A stretch of DNA of 64,000 nt, taken from the NCBI RefSeq assembly GCF_004010195.1, contig NC_057718.1:33689851-33753850 (forward strand). The letters run 5' to 3'. This DNA comes from Chiloscyllium plagiosum (Eukaryota). Below the pieces are notes generated by a model. It searched no databases and was not told where the DNA came from. It worked only from the letters and a program-made list of their open reading frames with translations. The position numbers and the translations under genes were made by a program. Positions 1 to 12,409 of the stretch are shown here, in pieces; position 1 is the first letter of the stretch; each line of letters begins with the position of its first letter.

Positions 1-59
1 GGCCAGATAAGAACATGCAAGATAAGAGCTGTTTTCCCTTTTCTTTTATGATCAAAGCA

Positions 60-1020
60 TACTGCTGACACACAACTGTGCAGCGATGCACAGGTTGAAT
101 CACATCACCAAGTTCGCTGATGATATGACTGTAATAGGTCTCATCAGCAGGAACGAAGAGTCAGCATACAGAGAGGAGGTACAGTGGCTAACTGACTGGT
201 GTAGAGCTAACAACCTGTCTCTGAACTGTGGCAAGACGAAAGAGATGGTTGTTGACTTCAGGAGGATGCGGAGCGACCACCCGCTGCTGGACATCCGCTG
301 CTCCCCCCGTGGAGATCATGAGGAACACCAAATCTCTTGGTGTACACCTGGTGGAGAATCTCACCTGGACCTACAACGCCAGCTCCATAGCAAAGAAAGC
401 CCAGCTGTGTCTACTTTCTGCGCAGGCTGAGGAAAGCCCACCTCCCACCCTCCATCCTCACCACATTCTACGGAGGGTTCATCGAGTGTACCCTGAGCTA
501 CTGCATCACTGCCTGGTTTGGGAATTGCACCCGTCTCAATTCGTAAGACTCTACAACGGATAGTGAGGACAGCTGAGAAGATCATCATGATCTCTCTTTC
601 CTCCATTACAGACATTTACACCACATGCTGCATCCAAAAGGCTAAGAGCATTGTGGAAGAGCCCATACACCCCTCACTCAAACTCTTCTCCCTCCTGCCA
701 TCTGGCAGAAGATACCGGACTAATCGGTCTCTCATGGCTTCTCGGTGCAACAGTTTCTTCCCCCTAAGCCAACAGGTCCCTTAATACAGTATGATCGGAT
801 TCTTTCCCATCTGAAATTCTTTGTATGACTTTGAATTGCTGCTAGAAAAATATCTATTATTTATCATTTTTCTACAGTCATACTGTAACTTGTATGTTTT
901 GCACTCTTAAGTACTTTGTGTGTAGTTTGTGCCGTCTTTGTAGCACCCTTGGTCCTGGAGGAACACTGTCTTGTTTTTTACTGCATCAGTTGTATATGGT
1001 AGAAATGACAAAAAGCCACT
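60..1020 (+). mobile_element. Rex1/Babar-clade non-LTR retrotransposon, 3' fragment
   Basis: ORF 86-430 has KFADDMTVIGLI...WCRANNLSLN..KTKEMVVDFRR (Rex1-type RT C-terminus). Frameshifted continuation LQRIVRTAEKII...HPSLKLFSLLPSGRRYR, then a 3' UTR. Confidence 0.8.
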
Positions 1021-1796
1021 ATTATTAACTCTTTAAACTGATCAGCTCCACTTTAAGTTTCAAGCTATACCATGGGGTAATGGGGTGAAGGAGGTTTGCT
1101 GATTTGATATTTTGAAAATTGTGTTTCTATATGAAGCTACTGTCACATCAAACAGGTGCTAGTATGACACAGAATGGTTATGTACAAGAGGAGGCAGTTT
1201 GGACCCCTATATCTTGTTTGATTATTTGCAAGAGCAATTTACTTAGCACAAATGCAGATAGCCCTGCGATTTATATTTTTTCCCTGCTCGACTAATAATT
1301 TGTGCACATGCCCCACTACATCGCTCTGCTCCTGTATCACCTTTATAATTGTACCTTTGGTTTTTTTTCATGACTGCATTTCACATGTAACCACAGCAAC
1401 CTGTGTTGCATGTTTTTAAAGTCCATTTATAGCCTTTTTTCAGTTGAGTATTTCAATATGAAAATAACTTTGAGCAGTTTTAGTATTTTAGTAAACAAGA
1501 CAAAAGGTTAATCTAACTATTGATGAAAGTTATTTAATTAAAAAAAGTAAAATACAAATAAAGGTTGTAAGTAGGTATGGATAAAATAAACTTTTAGCAT
1601 GAAAGTAAGATCCGTCTCTAAGATTTTGCCAATGTGGATTTCTTCAAAAATTTCTTTCTCTGAAATAAAGAGATTTAAAACTTAAAGTCAGATTCAACAG
1701 TTGCTCTGATTTCCATGTTTGGTAAGTCAGTTTTTGCTAAACATATGGACTTAGCATGTCGGCAGGATTTGAAGTATGTGAGCGAGAAGGTTTCAC

Positions 1797-2104
1797 TAGA
1801 TTAAATTAGATTCCCTACAGTGTGGAAACAGGCCCTGCGGCCCAACAAGTCTACACCGACCCTCCGAAGAGTAACCAACCCAGACCCATTTCCCTCTGAC
1901 TAATGCATCTAACACTATGGGCAATTTAGAATGGCCAGTTCACAAAACCTGCACATCTTTGGACTGTGGGAGGAAACCGGAGCACCCGGAGGAAACCCAC
2001 GCAGAAACTGAGAGAATGTGCAAGCTCCACACAGACAGTCACCCAAGGCTGGAATTCAACTGGTCCCTGGCACTGTGAGGCAGCAGTGCTAACCACTGAA
2101 CCAC
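1797..2104 (-). mobile_element. HE1-type tRNA-derived SINE (V-SINE)
   Basis: Minus strand: tRNA-like head (cagtggttagcactgctgcctcacag), V-domain (gtgtggagcttgcacattctc...gggtttcctccgggtgctccggtttcctcccacagtccaaagatgtgcagg) and CR1-like tail ending in (aatct)n. Confidence 0.85.
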
Positions 2105-2459
2105 TAGTACTGTAATTATGGCACATGAAGATTGCTTGGCCTCTTGCAGCATTGGACCAGTTGATTTGTATATGTCTTTTACTAACTGCTTCGTTTAGCT
2201 GAGAGCCACCTTACTGACAGTGTCTTGGAGTTTTTCCTGCAGCAGATGCTGGTTGCTCAAGGCCTGTTTGATGTAGGTTAGCGTCATAGAGATATAACAA
2301 CCGTGTGATTGGTTTGTAAGGAGCTCATTTTATTTTGGCAGGTTGCTGCTGCAACAACTAAGGCAATGCACTCGCTGTACCCGCAATTGCAGTGCCTACA
2401 ATGTCTCTGTCATTGATGCAGCAGGTTGTTGTCTGCATTGAGGCACGTTGCAATTAAAT

Positions 2460-2691
2460 TAAAAGCAAATGACTGCGGATGCTGGAATCTGAAACCAAAA
2501 GAGAAAATGCTGGAAAATCTTAGCAGGTCTGGCAGCATCTGTAAGGAGAGAAAAGAGCCGACATTCCGAGTCAAACTGACCCTTTGTCAGAGCTTTGACA
2601 AAGAGTCAGTTAGACTCGGAACGTCAGCTCTTTTCTCTCCTTACAGATGCTGCAAGACCTGCTGAGATTTTCCAGCATTTTCCCTTTCGGT
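2460..2691. mobile_element. Palindromic Penelope-like mini-element (family A) with degenerate hammerhead cores
   Basis: ~200-bp near-perfect inverted repeat at 2492-2693, centred on AGCT at 2591-2594. Flanked by direct repeat ttgcaattaaat (2448-2459 / 2692-2703). Confidence 0.7.
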
Positions 2692-3004
2692 TTGCAATTA
2701 AATAAACTGTGCTTTCTACATCAACAGTTAACTTGTACTTCAATATATATCGAAGTTTTAAATTATGTTGATTGAAATGTTCAATTTTTTTGAGTAGGGG
2801 GCGACGGCAGGAGTGTCAAGCAGGCACAGAACAAACAAGCAGGTTTGAACGTTCATTTCAATGGACAATGAGCGTATACTTCAGCTAAACCAGGCATGCA
2901 TCCAGAGACAGAATGGTTGCTGTTCCCAGTGCGCAGCATTGATGTCAGTAGCACTGACTTCCTGTTCTATTGCGATGGCCGGACATGCTGTTTATTTCTG
3001 GGTG

Positions 3005-3023
3005 AAGCTCCATCTGGTGGCAC
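3005..3023 (-). promoter_or_regulatory. CTCF-like motif
   Basis: Minus strand gtgCCACCAGATGGAGCtt, compared by eye with the consensus tggCCACCAGGGGGCGCta. Motif match only. Confidence 0.4.
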
Positions 3024-3234
3024 GTTTGAGAGTTCAAATGGCAGTACTAAGTAAATAGACCTAGATCGTAAATTGATTCTATCGATTCCGGCCTCCATTC
3101 ATTTGTGCCTGCTGTACTGCTAAGTAGTATTCTACTTCATGAGAAAAACATAGTGCAAAGAACAATGTATTTTTTTTACATCAATATCATGTTTAGTTCA
3201 TTTTTCAGGAACTCATTTCGAAATTAAAAGCATG

Positions 3235-3253
3235 TAGCCACTTGGTGGCGCTA
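3235..3253 (+). promoter_or_regulatory. CTCF-like motif
   Basis: tagCCACTTGGTGGCGCta, 15/19 identical to the consensus TGGCCACCAGGGGGCGCTA. Motif match only. Confidence 0.45.
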
Positions 3254-3399
3254 TAATACAGTTAAGCATCTCTATTATTTGATATTTCTCATACTACAAA
3301 AACAAAATTTGTGAAAATAAATCCAGGTTTATTACTGGGCAAGAAAATCTGCTAGTAATCACTTCTCGCCACCGCCTCAGCTGCTGAAATAGTTTTCCA

Positions 3400-4465
3400 C
3401 CACGTTGGACATGCTCGGAGGATTCTATTGAGAGTGACAAGAGCACAGATCCTACCTGGGTAGGGGATTTTGATATCTTTGAGTAACTTGGTACCACCAC
3501 TGCAGTCAGAATCCTTAATAACAGACTTGTTAAACTGGGCATGTGCAGGTGATGAAGTAGGGAACTGTGTACTTCATCCTCACTAGTTAGCTTAATCAGC
3601 CATACTAATGCATCTGTACATGACAATATTGGTAGGAGTGAATGCTGCATAGTCCTTGTGGAGATGAAGTTCTGCCTTGTAATTGAAGATATCTACCATC
3701 ATGATGTGTGGCATACCCATGATGCTGAATGGGGTGGACTTAGATTAGAGTTGCTAGATCTGTTCAGAGCATCTGTAAGGTACTGCAGGTCAGCAGCAGA
3801 AGCAGAATTGCACTCCACCTTCTGTAACCATATAGCCCAGGACATTCTCCACTGTAGCATTGCCACCAAGTCAGGGAATCAGTCCTTGTTCAAAGAAAAC
3901 TGCAAGAGGGCATGTCAGAAAGTGTAAAAAAAACTTGCGATCGACAGAGCTAAGGGACGCCAACAGATCAGTTCTTCTGCATCCAGTTGTGAATTATGGC
4001 GAACAATTAAACTTACAAAGAGTGTCTCACACATTCCCATTCTCACTGAGGGAGCCCAGCATGCCAATGTAAAAACATGTAACTTTTCACCTGACTCATC
4101 AGAATCTGTACATCATCTATAAAGCACATGTTAGGAGTATGATAGAATACGTTTCATTTGTTTGGATAAATATTAAAGAATCTTGACATCTAACATGACA
4201 AAGCAGTCCTCTTAATTGACACCTCATCTAAAACCTTCAACATTCACTCCCAGCACCAGAGTGGCAGCACAAACAACTGACTAAGACTTCTGAGACAATT
4301 TGTAAACCCACAGGTTCTGCCACCTGCGAGGACGTGGACATATGCATGGTAATGGTGCCTATAGGATCGTCTCCAAGCCACACTCCAACCTGATTTGTAG
4401 TGGGGGGGTGGAAGATAGGCAATGAATGCTGGCTTAGCCTGTGACGTCTGCATCCAATGAGTGAT
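3400..4465 (+). mobile_element. Old CR1/L2-group LINE remnant (second lineage)
   Basis: Endonuclease-like GDF at ~3465. The 3' end 'gataggcaatgaatgctggcttagcc...catccaatgagtga' resembles the end of the 16480-17660 copy. Confidence 0.45.
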
Positions 4466-5014
4466 TAGTTAATTGGATTGTCTCCATTTCCAGCAAAGTA
4501 AATCTGTAAACATCACCAAGCAATTTCTTTGTTTCCATGTACAGTGATAACAGGTGTGTTTTCTGTGTAGTGCAGTTTTGCCATATGATGGGTACCTTCA
4601 TTTGTTTGCATCCAGAGCAACCTGATAGGACTTTGTGCTCATAGGATGCCACATGTGAGGTTGTTGAGGTTAAACATTTTATTGGTAAGATGTGCAAGGA
4701 AAAGAAATAAAATGTGTCAATTGCTCTTTCAACTTTGTGGTTGACTTGAGTAACTTTGGGAGAACCCTTTTTGCTTTCTGCATTGGATGTATCCATAACG
4801 TAGATGATGCAAACAATAAGAGTCTGAAGATTTTCTTTTTGGATAGTAAATACAAATTATGTTAAGGATGGGTGCCAATAATTGTTGCTCACTGATTTAG
4901 TTTAAAAAAAACACTTCTTTAAAAATTGGATTGAGGATATCAGCCTTGTAATAATTCTATTGATAAATTAAGTAGTGTTTGATTTTTATACTTGTCTTTG
5001 TTTATCATATGCAG

Positions 5015-5172
5015 ATCAGGCAGGCCAGTTTTGCCAGGTTACTGCCCAGATGGTACTCGTATGTTGTTGGAGAAGTATGAAGGAAATCTCCTTGCTTTTA
5101 GGCTTTTTGTGTCAACATTTGCCTCTTCAGTCAATACCTGACTTAAAGGATGGGCTACTGATGATCCACCAG
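5015..5172 (+). CDS. THADA: THADA internal coding exon (window exon 1)
   Basis: Acceptor tcatatgcag| and donor CAG|gtatta. Encodes (D)QAGQFCQVTAQMVLVCCWRSMKEISLLLGFLCQHLPLQSIPDLKDGLLMIHQ, matching recalled vertebrate THADA VTAQMVLVCCWRSMKE. 158 nt, ends in phase 0. Confidence 0.95.
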
Positions 5173-5472
5173 GTATTATTCAGAATTCTGTTTCTATTTG
5201 ATATTGTTGCATATGATATCTCTTATATGATATGATATAAGTCTTTGAAAGTGGCAGGACAAGTTGGGATAGCTGCAGAGATGATAAAACTCTTGGTTTT
5301 ATAAATAGAGGCTTAAGATTGCAAAAACAATGACATTTTGATGAACAGTTTTACTTGTTAGGCTATTTTTCCCAATTTAGACACCACGCTTTAAGGTAAG
5401 ATGATGTGGCTTGATGAGAGGGTATAAAAGAAATTTACTAGAATGGTATCAGATGAGGAAGTTCAGTTCTCC

Positions 5473-7070
5473 TAGAATCATAGAATCCCTACGGTGCAGG
5501 CCATTTGGCCCATCAAGACTGTACCGATCCTCCAAAATGCATCCCATTCAGACATTAAATGTGCATTTCCCATTAGCTAGCTCACCGAGCCTGCAAGTCC
5601 CATGACACAATGGGCAATTTAGCATTGCCAATCCATCTAACCTTCACATTTTTGGACTGTGGGAGGAAACTGGAGCACCCAGAGAAAATCTATGAAGACA
5701 TGTGCATGGGAAATCATGTCTCACAAACTTGATTGAGTTTAATGAAGAAGTAACAGAGGATTGATGAGGGCAGAGCAGTGGACATGATCTACATGGACTT
5801 CAGTAAGGCGTTTGACAAGGTTCCCCAGGGGAGACTGGTGAGCACGGGTAGGTCTCATGGAATGCAGGGAGAACTAGCCACTTGGATACAGAACTGATGT
5901 GAAAGTGGAAGACAGAGGGTGGTGGTGGAGGGTTGTTTTTCAGGATGGAGGCCTGTGACCAGTGGAGTGGCACAAGGATTGGTGCTGGGTCCACTACTTT
6001 TTGTCATTTATATAAATGATTTGAATATGAGCATAAGAGGTATAGTTAGTAAGTTTGCAGATGACACCAAAATTGGAGGTGTAGTGGACAGCGAAGAAGG
6101 TTACCTCAGACTACAACAGGATCTTGACCAGATGGGCCAGTGGGCTGAGGAGTGGCAGATGGAGTTTAATTTAGACAAATGCAAGATGCTGCATTTTGGG
6201 AAAGCAAATCTTAGCAGGACTTAGACACTTAATGGTAAGGTCCAAGGGAGTGTTGCTGAACAAAGAGACCTTGGAGTGCAGATTCATAGCTTGTTGAAAG
6301 TAGAGTCGCAGATAGATAGGATAGTGAGCAAGGTATTTGGTATGCTTTCCTTTATTGTTCAGAGCATTGAGCACAGGAGTTGGGAGGTCATGTTGTGGCT
6401 GTAAAATTGGTTAGGCCAATTTTGGAATATTGCTTGCAGCCCTGGACGACTCCCTATTGGAAGGATGTTGTGAAACTTGAAAGGGTTCAAAAAACATTTA
6501 CAAGGATGTTGCCAGGGTTGGAGGATTTGAGCTATAGGGAGCTCAAATAGGCTAGGGCTGTTTAACCTGAATCGTCAGAGGCTGAGGGGTGACCTTATAG
6601 AGGTTTACAAAATTGAGGGGCATTGATAGGATAAATAGACAAAGTCTTTTCTCTGGGGTGGCGGGGAATCCAGAACTAGAGCATAGGTTAAGGGGAAAGA
6701 TATAAAAGATATCTGACGGGCAATGTTGTCACAGAGGGTGGTACGTTTATCGAATGAGCTGCCAGAGGAAGTGGTGGAGGCTGGTACAATTGCAACATTT
6801 CAAAGGCATTTGGATGGGTATATGAATAGGAAGGGTTTGGAGGGATATGGGCCAGGTGCTGGCAGGTGGGACTAGATTGGGTGGGGATATCTGGTTGGCA
6901 TGGACGAGTTGTACCGAAGGGTCTGTTTCCGTGCTGCCCATCTCTATGACTCTATGACATGGGAAGAACGTGCAAACTGCACACAGACAGTCGTCAGAGG
7001 TTGGAATTAAATCTGGGTCCCTGGTGCTGTTAGGCAGCAGAACTAACCACTAGACCATCGTGCCTCCCTG
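5473..7070 (-). mobile_element. HE1-type SINE split by a CR1 insertion
   Basis: Tail and V-domain half at 5473-5702, head half at 6956-7070. The intervening CR1 is flanked by a gacatg direct repeat (5697-5702 / 6956-6961). Confidence 0.75.
5703..6955 (+). mobile_element. 5'-truncated CR1 (HER1-like) LINE
   Basis: RT motifs MDFSKAFDKVP, TSGVAQGLVLGPLLFVIYINDL, SKFADDTKIGG; 3' tail (ctctatga)n; frameshifted. Confidence 0.9.
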
Positions 7071-7223
7071 TTCAGTTCTGTTGAAGATATCAGATAAGAT
7101 ACATAAACAGAAGTTACTCATATTTGTTTAATATATGAAACATCTTTAATTAGATTATATTATCATATTAATAAAGAAAAATATTGATACGTGCTAAATC
7201 CTTTGGCATTTAAATATATTCAT

Positions 7224-7336
7224 GTATGTTGTTGAATTATGAAGGAAATCTCCTTGCTTTTAGACTTTTTGTGTCAACATTTGTCTCTTCAGTCAATACC
7301 TGACTTAAAGGTTGGGCTACTGATGATCCACCAGGT
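7224..7336 (+). pseudogene. Degenerate partial duplicate of THADA exon 5015-5172 (pseudo-exon)
   Basis: Near-identical to 5059-5174 including the CAG|GT donor. It lacks the 5' part and acceptor, has a 3-nt net deletion creating an in-frame TGA (VCC*IMKEISLLLDF...), and has three further substitutions. Confidence 0.9.
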
Positions 7337-8768
7337 GCAGTGTAATATTCCATTGATGGAATAATGGATGTGGAGGTTGTTTTTTAAACAAACAAGTCAG
7401 AAATCAATTTGGACACTGACTGAAATGCATTAGTTCCGAGAAGGCATATGGCTACATTCAAGGCCTGTGAGAAACCCTTATAGTCTTAATGAAAAATATA
7501 TTTACACTTCTGAGTTTGACAGGTAGAGAAAACAGAACAAAACCATTAATTTTGTTTGGATATCAGGTCAGAAGAAAGCAAGCGTTTATTTCAAAAGGAA
7601 ACGGCATCTCTGAAAAGGAGGTTTTTGTTCTGTTCCATTCAGGCAAACCAGTCACCTTAGTTTGTGAAGTTTCCAAGCCAGGAGAGTTTGGTATAGAAAT
7701 CTTCACATTGTTAGCACTGAAAAAGTTTGGAATTTAAGAATTATGAAAGATTCATGTCATTAGATTCTGGAAGGAATAGTAAAATTGTTTCAACATTTCA
7801 AACTAGAGAAACTGGAAATCTTCAATGCGGTAAATATTCAAAAGCTGAGATGGGATTAATATTTCTCTGAGCTTTAAGTCTCTAACAGATGTCTGGGAAA
7901 CATTGAAACTTTGTGTTCAGATCTTTCTAACTACAATATATGGCTTAGATTATTTGTTTTGTTTTGTACAATAAACTTATGTTCTGTTGTACGAGAACAC
8001 CTGCAGCCTCATGGGAAATCGTCCTCTAACTAACCACCACTTTAGCCAACTAAAAGAATTGAATATATGATATTCAAGTCAGGTATCATTGGGATCTGAC
8101 TTGTACCATTAGTTGGGATCCGATCAATATAGATACACATGGTGCAGGATCTAAATCCCATGTTTTATGGGTATATGTTGTGCTTTGCTTTGGTGCAGAT
8201 GTCTATTCATGTTTTTGGAATTTTGCATGTAACTACAGATATGGAAAAAAATCATTGGTGATACAAAAGTATTCTAATTGCATTTGGACTATATGCAGAC
8301 TGACTCTGGATACTGTCAACTAATAATTAGTCTACTGCAAGAACAGAAAACACAAATATGGGCATTGTGTAATCTGCATCAGGTCTACTGCAGAGGATTA
8401 GGTGATCATTATTGTTATATTGTTCATTAGCATAAGTACCTGAAATTTGAAGCCTGAGAATGAGTTTGCTTTGCTGGTATAAAATAAACTTAGTTTGCTG
8501 CTAATGCAAACTGTCCAGTTTCAATGAAACTTTGATGCCTTTTTTAATTTTGTGCTACAACTTTCAACATTTTTGCTGCTTCTGTTGCAAGAGACTGCAC
8601 TTTGTTGTATGGGTTCACTGGTTGATTATATTTTGGATTATCTAATTTAAGTTGCAGTGAATTTGCAAACATAACTCCAAAATTAATATACACAATCAAA
8701 AGTGTATGCAATTCATGGTCTGGAAGTTAGCATAATTGCTTCATTAGTGGTTTTGCTCCTATTTTGCT

Positions 8769-8985
8769 TAGAATCCCTACAGTGTGGGAACAGGCTATTT
8801 GGCCGAAGAAGTCGACACCAACTCTCCAAAGAGCATCCCACCCAGATACTCCCCCACCTGTAACCCTGCATTTTCAATGGCCAGTCCACCTAATTTGCAC
8901 ATCTTTCCACTGTGGGAAGAAACCAGAGCCCCCGAAGGAAACCCAAGCAGACAGAGAGAGAATGGGCAAACTCCACACAGATATG
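8769..8985 (-). mobile_element. HE1-type SINE, partial
   Basis: Same tail (tagaatccctacagtgtgg) and V-domain as the other copies; head missing. Confidence 0.7.
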
Positions 8986-10129
8986 AGAGTATCACATTAT
9001 TAGACTTTTAGGTGTTTGTCACTCTCGACAAGAGCCTGTGATCTTCGGTGCACCAATGTAGTTGTGAACTGCAAATAGATGAAAAGGCATGACTTCATTG
9101 CCTTCTGTTAATGTCCAGTTTAATATTCCAAATCATCAAAATCTTGCATGAAACGTATTCTCTATTACATCTGCAATGTAGTGTGTTTAACTCTCATATC
9201 TAGCAAAGAAACTGCAAGTCGACTCCTATCAACAATAAACAATAGTATTCATTTATTTGACACCATTAATTCTATAGCAACAGAATACTCTATCTACTAA
9301 CGCTCTACACCACAAATCTATCTTGTACTTTAACTTCACTCTGGATGATCATACCCCACCACACTAGATCTTGGCTTTGATCCATGTGGCGATGATCTTC
9401 TAGTCTCCTCCTAGCAGTCGCATGGATGTCTTTTCTTCTCAGTGGTTGGTCTTGTGTTACTGCCCCTGAGTGTGGAGTTGCTACAATTCTTGTACCTGAA
9501 AGTCTTTGTGACTTTTAGCGGGGGTCCTTACTGTCCACCAATGGATCAATCAGGCTTGATTACCCTGATTGATTGTACTCCACCAGATGTTCATATGTTG
9601 ATGATAGAGTGGTCCTTAGGCATCCATCCCTGGAGGTTCTGGGTGCATATAGCCCCCTCCAAATAAGAGTATGAGGCACCCCTGTGTCTGGTACACACCT
9701 TGAGGAGTGCATTCTGGTCGTTTCCATTCAAACCCAAATTAGAGTGTGTATTGTGTGGTCATGTTGATTGTATACTCTCTGCTTGTAACAGCAGCCGGTC
9801 TGGATTCTGCAGCATTTCTATTAGCACAGGCACTTTGCTCAAGGCTTGCCCTAGTTTCCAAGCATGATTTTGTTATTGTCCAATCTTTGAGGGATTTGGG
9901 AGTCTTTGTGATCAATTGCAAAATCCACCTAAACTCATCACTTTGAGCAGCCTGTCCGGTCACATTTCTGAATTCAACAAATCAACTATTTTACTTGAAG
10001 GACCTAGCATTAGTGTAAGGTTTAATCAATATCTGTTATATACATCCTCAATTAAATGTTTATTCCTCTAAAGTCACAAAATGGGAGACCCAGCTCTGCC
10101 CATGAACTATGACTTCTGGTAGTAATTTT

Positions 10130-11575
10130 GCAAGAATCCTTTGATTCTGGAAAGATCCCAGAGCGTTGGAAACTGCCTTCTTAGAAAGGGAATGAGACAA
10201 CAAAAAAGATGACTATAGGCCAGTTGGTTTAACATCTGTTGGGGGAAAATGGCAGGGTCTCTTATAAATGATACAATAGCGGAGCAATTAGGAATACATA
10301 GTATGACGAAACATAGTCAGCATGGCTTCAGAAAGGGAAAATAATACCTAACCCAAATTATTAGAATTCGTTTAAGGTAACAAGCAGGATAGATAAAGGA
10401 GAAGATGCTGCGGATATAATATATTTAGAATTTCAGAAGGTGTTTGATAAGATATTACATATTGGACTATTCAATAATTTAAAATCCCAAGGTGTTGGAT
10501 GTAGTATGTTAGCATGAATAGAGGATTGACTAACTAGTAGAAAACAGTTGAGTGAAGGAGTGCAACTAGTGTAACTAGTAGAGTGCAACAGGGATTTTCG
10601 TGGCCACAATATTTACAATTATTTATTTACATCACTATCAGTGACTTGGATGAGGAAAGTGAATGCATTATAGCCACATTTGCAGTTAACATACGAATAG
10701 GTGGAAAGGCATGTGGTGAGGATGACTCTATCTGCAGAGGAATATAGACAGGCTAAGCAAATGGGCAAAGACTTAGGACATAGAATATATTGTGGGAAAT
10801 GCACCGAGGCAGGAAGAACAGAGGAACTGAATACTATTTAAATGGAGAAAGCCAGCAGAAAGCTACATCACAGAGGGATTTGGGAGTCTTTGTGATAAAT
10901 TGCAAAATGCTAGCACACAAGTAATAATGAAAGCAAATGGGATTTTGGCCTTGATTTTGAAGGGACTGGAGTATAAAAATGGGGAGGGGATTGCTTGCTA
11001 AACCTGTGTGTTGGCACATGTCAGACCATAACTGTATATACTATGAAGGGTTTTAGGCCCCTTTATCTCAGAAAAGATATATTGGCATTGGAGGCAGTTC
11101 AGAGAAGGTTCATTAGACTAATACCAGGTATGGAGGGACTGTCTTATGAAGAGAGATTGAGAAGATTGGGCCTGTACTCATTGGAATTTAGAGGAAGAGA
11201 GATGAACTCATTGGAATATAGAAGATTCCTAGGGAGCTTGACCGAGTAGATGTGGAAAGATGTTTCCTCTTGTGGGGGAGTCTATAACCAGAGCGAATAA
11301 CCTCAGTATAAGGGGTCACCCATATAAGTTGTGGAGGAATTAATTTTGTTGATAGTGAATCTGTGGAATTCTTTCCTGCAAAGGGTTATAGAAGCTGGAT
11401 CATTCAGTATATTCAAGGCTGAGACAGATTTATAACTAGAATAGGAATCCAAGGTTATGGGGGAAAGGCAGGAAACTGGAGTTGGGAATTATCAGAGTAC
11501 CATGATCTCATTGAATGGTAGAGCAGATTCCACAGGCTGAATGACCTACCTCTGCTCCAGCATCATATGGTTTTA
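10130..11575 (+). mobile_element. Decayed CR1 LINE
   Basis: Remnants YRPVGLTS, SQHGF, and LEAVQRRFIRLIPGMEGLSYEERLRRLGLYSLE (ORF 10995-11249), followed by a CR1 3' UTR. Confidence 0.85.
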
Positions 11576-12409
11576 CTGTTAATTACCGCCTTTTAGGTCA
11601 TTTATAGATTATCTTAACTCACGTAATCTGTACCTTTTTTTAAAAAAAAGTTAGTTAAGGATTGTTCTCCATAGATTAGCTGAAATACTCAATTTCTCTT
11701 CTTAATGATTACTAGGACCAGTAAGTGAAACATTTCCTTGTGTTTTACTACAATGGACTTGCTCTAAAACTGAATATGCGCAGTAACTAATATTTCAATG
11801 CCTAAAAGGAATGTTGGACTCTGTGCAGACTAACAGACAATTTCAGTTATGAAAAGGCCAGAATGTCAATTCAGGAGATTTTTTGTTAACTATGTGTCCC
11901 TTGATTTCATAACTTCTCGTGAAATATTTTTGGCTAAACCTCCATCAGTATTTTTTTAATCCTTTTCAGAGTTTCCTTGCGACGTTGCTTCAAATTCTCA
12001 CTCATCTTATCTTATGAACAGTGTTTCACCAGTCCTGGTTGTAAGTTTCCTTTTTAAACACTGAAAATATAGGTAGTCATATTTTACCTGAAATAACATA
12101 AATGGAAATATCGGACAATACTTAAATATCTAATATGATTTTGGGCAGAAATAACTAATGCGAATTAGATTCAGACAATGAGGGAACCAGCTTATCATTT
12201 GCCCCTTTTTAATAACAAATTGAAAAATAAAAGAAGGTTCAGCTCAGAACAGCTGCTCTTGGTGTAGTGAGTCTTAGCTTCTGAAAACCTTAGTTATTTT
12301 TCAGTCAAAATTCTCCACCACCCTTTTGAAAATTACTGGCAAAGATTTAGTTTTACTAGTGCTAGTCACTGTCAGAACCTAACCTAATTGACAAGATGTA
12401 TGTTTAAAT

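Noticed and set aside
2492..2693. DNA-transposon MITE interpretation of the palindromes
   Set aside because: The arms are asymmetric (one has an extra tail), single-arm copies exist, and TSD length varies from 5 to 50 bp, which fits retrotransposition better.
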